Shown: in pieces, positions 57,301-64,000 of the stretch
Layout: the number at the start of each line of letters is the position of its first letter
Numbering within the stretch: position 1 is the first letter of the stretch
NCBI GenBank assembly: GCA_964016885.1
Contig: OZ024740.1
Location: 402,380,001 to 402,444,000, forward strand
DNA from: Eledone cirrhosa
Lineage: Eukaryota
Reading direction: 5' to 3'
Length of the DNA: 64,000 bases
The notes under the pieces: model-generated
The model's input: the letters and a program-made list of their open reading frames with translations, nothing else
Databases searched by the model: none
What the model was told of the DNA's origin: nothing
Position numbers and translations under genes: made by a program

Positions 57301-60300
57301 TACATCATCACCACAACGACGACCACAAACATCATCACGACAACAACGACCACAAGCACCACAAACATCATCACGACAACAACGACCACAACCACCACAA
57401 ACATCATCACGACAACAACGACCACAACCACCACAAACATCATCACGACAACAACGACCACAACCACCACAAACATCATCACGACGATAACGACCACAAC
57501 CACCACAAACATCATCACGACAACGACGTCCACAAGCACCACAAACATCATCACGACGACAACGACCACAACCACCACAAACATCATCACGACAACAACA
57601 ACCACAACCACCACAAACATCATCACGACAACAACGACCACAACCACCACAAACATCATCACGACAACAACGACCACAACGACCACAAACATCATCACGA
57701 CGACAACGACCACAACCACCACAAACATCATCACGACAACGACGACGACCACAACCACCACAAACATCATCACGACAACAACGACCACAAGCACCACAAA
57801 CATCATCACGACAACAACGACCACAACCACCACAAACATCATCACGACAACAACGACCACAACCACCACAAACATCATCACGACGACGACAACCACAACC
57901 ACTACAAACATCATCACGACAACGACAACAACCACAACCACCACAAACATCATCACGACGACAACGACCACAACCACCACAAACATCATCACGACAACGA
58001 CGTCCACAACCACCACAAACATCATCACGACGACAACGACCACAACCACCACAAACATCATCACGACAACAACGACCACAACCACCACAAACATCATCAT
58101 GACAACAACGACCACAACCACCACAAACATCATCACGACGACGACGACCACAACCACCACAAACATCATCACGACAACAACGACCACAACCACCACAAAC
58201 ATCATCACGACAACGACAACGACCACAACCACCACAAACATCATCACGACGACGACAACCACAACCACTACAAACATCATCACGACAACGACAACGACCA
58301 CAACCACCACAAACATCATCACGACGACGACGACCACAACCACCACAAACATCATCACGACAACGACGACCACAACCACCACAAACATCATCACGACAAC
58401 GACGACCACAACCACCACAAACATCATCACGACAATAACGACCACAACCACCACAAACATCATCACGACGACGACGACCAAAACCACCACAAACATCATC
58501 ACGACAACGACGACCACAACCACCACAAACATCACCACGACAACGACGACCACAACCACCACAAACATCATCACGACGACAACGACCACAACCACCATAA
58601 ACATCATCACGACAACGACGACCACAACCACCACAAACATCATCACGACAACGACAACGACCGCAACCATCACAAACAGCATCACGACAACGATGACCAC
58701 AACCACCACAAACATCATCACAACAACGACGACCACAACGACCACAACCACCACAAACATCATCACGACGACGACGACCAAAACCACCACAAACATCATC
58801 ACGACGACGACGACCACAACCACCACAAACATCATCACGACAACGACGACCACAACGACCACAAACATCACCACGACAACGACGACCACAACCACCACAA
58901 ACATCATCACGACGACAACGACCACAACCACCACACACATCATCACGACGACGACGACCACAACCACCACAAACATCATCACGACAACGACGACCACAAC
59001 CACCACAAACATCACCACGACAACGACGACCACAACCACCACAAACATCATCACGACGACAACGACCACAACCACGATAAACATCATCACGACGACGACG
59101 ACCACAACCACCACAAACATCATCACGACGACAACGACCACAACCACCACAAACATCATCACGACGACGACGACCACAACCACCACAAACATCATCACGA
59201 CAACGACGACCACAACCACCACAAACATCACCACGACAACGACGACCACAACCACCACAAACATCATCACGACGACAACGACCACAACCACGATAAACAT
59301 CATCACGACGACGACGACCACAACCACAACAAACATCATCACGACGACGACGACCACAACCACCACAAACATCATCACGACAACGACGACAACAACCACC
59401 ACAAACTTCATCACGACAACGACGACCACAACCACCACAAACATCATCACGACAAGGACGACGACCACAACCAGCACAAACATCATCACCACAACGACGA
59501 CCACAACCACCGCAAACATCATTACGACAACGACAATGACCACAACCATCACAAACAGCATCACGACAACGACGACCACAACCACCACAAACATCATCAC
59601 AACAACGACGACCACAACGACCACAACCACCACAAACATCATCACGACGACGACGACCAAAACCACCACAAACATCATCACGACGACGACGACCACAACC
59701 ACCACAAACATCACCACGACAACGACGACCACAACCACCACAAACATCATCACGACGACAACGACCACAACCACCACACACATCATCACGACGACGACGA
59801 CCACAACCACCACAAACATCATCACGACAACGACGACCACAACCACCACAAACATCACCACGACAACGACGACCACAACCACCACAAACATCATCACGAC
59901 GACAACGACCACAACCACGATAAACATCATCACGACGACGACGACCACAACCACCACAAACATCATCACGACGACAACGACCACAACCACCACAAACATC
60001 ATCACGACGACGACGACCACAACCACCACAAACATCATCACGACAACGACGACCACAACCACCACAAACATCACCACGACAACGACGACCACAACCACCA
60101 CAAACATCATCACGACGACAACGACCACAACCACCATAAACATCATCACGACGACGACGACCACAACCACGACAAACATCATCACGACAACGACGACCAC
60201 AACCACCACAAACATCACCACGACAACGACGACCACAACCACCACAAACATCACCACGACAACGACGACCACAACCACCACAAACATCATCACGACGACA

Positions 60301-63300
60301 ACGACCACAACCACCACAAACATCATCACGACGACGACGACCACAACCACCACAAACATCATCACGACAACGACGACCACATCCACCACAAACATCACCA
60401 CGACAACGACGACCACAACCACCACAAACATCATCACGACGACAATGACCACAACCACCATAAACATCATCACGACGACGACGACCACAACCACCACAAA
60501 CATCATCACGACAACGACGACCACAACCACCACAAACATCACCACGACAACGACGACCACAACCACCACAAACATCATCACGACAACGACGACCACAACC
60601 ACCACAAACATCACCACGACAACGACGACCACAACCACCACAAACATCATCACGACAACGACAATGACCACAACCACCACAAACATCATCACGACAACGA
60701 CGACCACAACCACCACAAACATCACCACGACAACGACGACCACAACCACCACAAACATCATCACGACAACGACGACCACAACCACCACAAACATCACCAC
60801 GACAACGACGACCACAACCACCACAAACATCATCACGACAACGACAATGACCACAACCACCACAAACATCATCACGACGACGACGACCACAACCACCACA
60901 AACATCATCACGTCAACGACAACGACCACAACCACAACAAACATCATCACGACAACGACGACCAAAACCACCACAAACATCATCACGACAACGACAACGA
61001 CCACAACCACAACAAACATCATCACGACGACGACGACCACAACCACCACAAACATCATCACGACAACGACGACAACAACCACCACAAACTTCATCACGAC
61101 AACGACGACCACAACCACCACAAACATCATCACGACAAGGACGACGACCACAACCACCACAAACATCATCACCACAACGACGACCACAACCACCGCAAAC
61201 ATCATTACGACAACGACAATGACCACAACCACCACAAACATCATCTCGACGACGACGACCACCACAACCACCACAAACATCGTCACCACAACGACGACCA
61301 AAAACATCATCACGACAACGACGACGACCACAACCACCACAAACATCATCACGACAACAACGACCACAACCACCACAAACATCATCACGACAACAACGAC
61401 GACCACAAACACCACAAACATCATCACGATAACGACGACCACAACCACCACAAACATCATCACGACAACAACGACCACAAGCACCACAAACATCATCACG
61501 ACAACAACGACCACAACCACCACAAACATCATCACGACAACAACGACCACGACCACCACAAACATCATCACGACGACAACGACCACAACCACCACAAACA
61601 TCATCACGACAACGACGTCCACAACCACCACAAACATCATCACGACGACAACGACCACAACCACCACAAACATCATCACGACAACAACGACCACAACCAC
61701 CACAAACATCATCACGACAACGACGACGACCACAACCACTACAAACATCATAACGACGACAACGACCACAACCACCACAAACATCATCACGATGACGACG
61801 ACCACAACCACCACAAACATCATCACGACAACAACGACCACGACCACCACAAACATCATCACGACGACAACGACCACAACCACCACAAACATCATCACGA
61901 CAACGACGTCCACAACCACCACAAACATCATCACGACGACAACGACCACAACCACCACAAACATCATCACGACAACGACGTCCACAACCACCACAAACAT
62001 CATCACGACAACAACGACCACAACCACCACAAACATCATCACGACAACAACGACCACGACCACCACAAACATCATCACGACGACAACGACCACAACCACC
62101 ACAAACATCATCACGACAACGACGTCCACAACCACCACAAACATCATCACGACGACAACGACCACAACCACCACAAACATCATCACGACAACAACGACCA
62201 CAACCACCACAAACATCATCACGACAACAACGACCACAACCACAACAAACATCATCACGACAACGACGACCACAACCACCTCGAACATCATCACGACAAT
62301 GATGACCACAACCACCACAAACATCATCACGACAACAACGACCACAACCACAACAAACATCATCACGACAACGACAACGACCACAACCACCACAAACATC
62401 ATCACGACGACGACGACCACAACCACTACAAACATCATCACGACAACGACAACGACCACAACCACCACAAACATCATCACGACGACGACGACTACAACCA
62501 CCACAAACATCATCACGACAACGACAACGACCACAACCACCACAAACATCATCACGACAACAACGACCACAACCGCCACAAACATCATCACGACAACGAC
62601 AACGACCACAACCACCACAAACATCATCACGACGACGACGACCACAACCACCACAAACATCATCACGACAACGACGACCACAACCACCACAAACATCATC
62701 ACGACAACGACGACCACAACCACCACAAACATCATCACCACAACGACGACCACAAACATCATCACGACAACGACGACGACCACAACCACCACAAACATCA
62801 TCACGACGACGACGATGACCACAACCACCACAAACATCATCTCGACGACGACGACGACCACAACCACCACATATATCATCACCACAACGACGACCACAAA
62901 CATCATCACGACAACGACGACGACCACAACCGCCACAAACATCATCACGTGGACGACGACCACAACCACCACAAACATCATCACGACAACGACGACCACA
63001 ACCACCACAAACATCATCACGACAACGACGACCACAACCACCACAAACATCATCACGAAAATAACGACCACAACCACCACAAACATCATCACAACGACTA
63101 CGACCAAAACCACCACAAACATCATCACGACAACGACGACCACAACCACCACAAACATCACCACGACAACGACGACCACAACCACCACAAACATCATCAC
63201 GACGACAACGACCACAACCACCATAAACATCATCACGACAACGACGACCACAACCACCACAAACATCATCACGACAACGACAACGACCACAACCATCACA

Positions 63301-64000
63301 AACAGCATCACGACAACGACGACCACAACCACCACAAACATCATCACAACAACGACGACCACAACGACCACAACCACCACAAACATCATCACGACGACGA
63401 CGACCAAAACCACCACAAACATCATCACGACGACGACGACCACAACCACCACAAACATCATCACGACAACGACGACCACAACGACCACAAACATCACCAC
63501 GACAACGACGACCACAACCACCACAAACATCATCACGACGACAACGACCACAACCACCACACACATCATCACGACGACGACGACCACAACCACCACAAAC
63601 ATCATCACGACAACGACGACCACAACCACCACAAACATCACCACGACAACGACGACCACAACCACCACAAACATCATCACGACGACAACGACCACAACCA
63701 CGATAAACATCATCACGACGACGACGACCACAACCACCACAAACATCATCACGACGACAACGACCACAACCACCACAAACATCATCACGACGACGACGAC
63801 CACAACCACCACAAACATCATCACGACAACGACGACCACAACCACCACAAACATCACCACGACAACGACGACCACAACCACCACAAACATCATCACGACG
63901 ACAACGACCACAACCACCACAAACATCATCACGACGACGACGACCACAACCACCACAAACATCATCACGACAACGACGACCACAACCACCACAAACATCA
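24384..64000. repeat. Satellite array, 36/39-bp triplet-built monomer ACCACAACCACCACAAACATCATCACGACAACGACG, >=39.6 kb, runs off the window
   Basis: Uninterrupted tandem units, on the order of 1,000 monomers by length. Lengths are mostly 36 or 39, with occasional 27, 33, 45 and frameshifting 34, 35 or 37. Confidence 0.98.

Noticed and set aside
24384-64000. CRISPR array or telomeric repeat
   Set aside because: There are no unique spacers or cas genes. The unit is not TTAGGG-like, and the G-rich strand runs toward the unique DNA rather than toward the open end.

Overview
AT-rich, microsatellite-dense metazoan non-coding DNA. The SINE and LINE families resemble those I recall from octopod genomes, which is an inference and not a database match. 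No intact protein-coding gene is supportable: the ORF track is explained by microsatellites, transposon relics and a satellite. The first ~24.3 kb holds (TA)n/(CA)n arrays, ~10 tRNA-head SINE copies, a complete non-autonomous Helitron, and decayed R4/Dong-like LINE, Penelope-like (GIY-YIG) and Tc1/mariner fragments. It also holds several long foldback inverted repeats. The main hidden signal is a cluster of type I hammerhead ribozyme motifs, folded by hand. Four have a complete core and all three helices: 5797-5883, 6283-6369, 11272-11332 (minus) and 22362-22428. Three more are minimal or variant forms (5038, 6577, 14371 minus), and several are decayed. The first two are tandem copies 486 bp apart, the layout of a retrozyme-like unit that would excise a 486-nt RNA. 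From ~24.38 kb to the end (~39.6 kb) lies one triplet-built 36/39-bp satellite (ACCACAACCACCACAAACATCATCACGACAACGACG) with variant domains and higher-order duplications of 483, 738, 2809 and 4626 bp.
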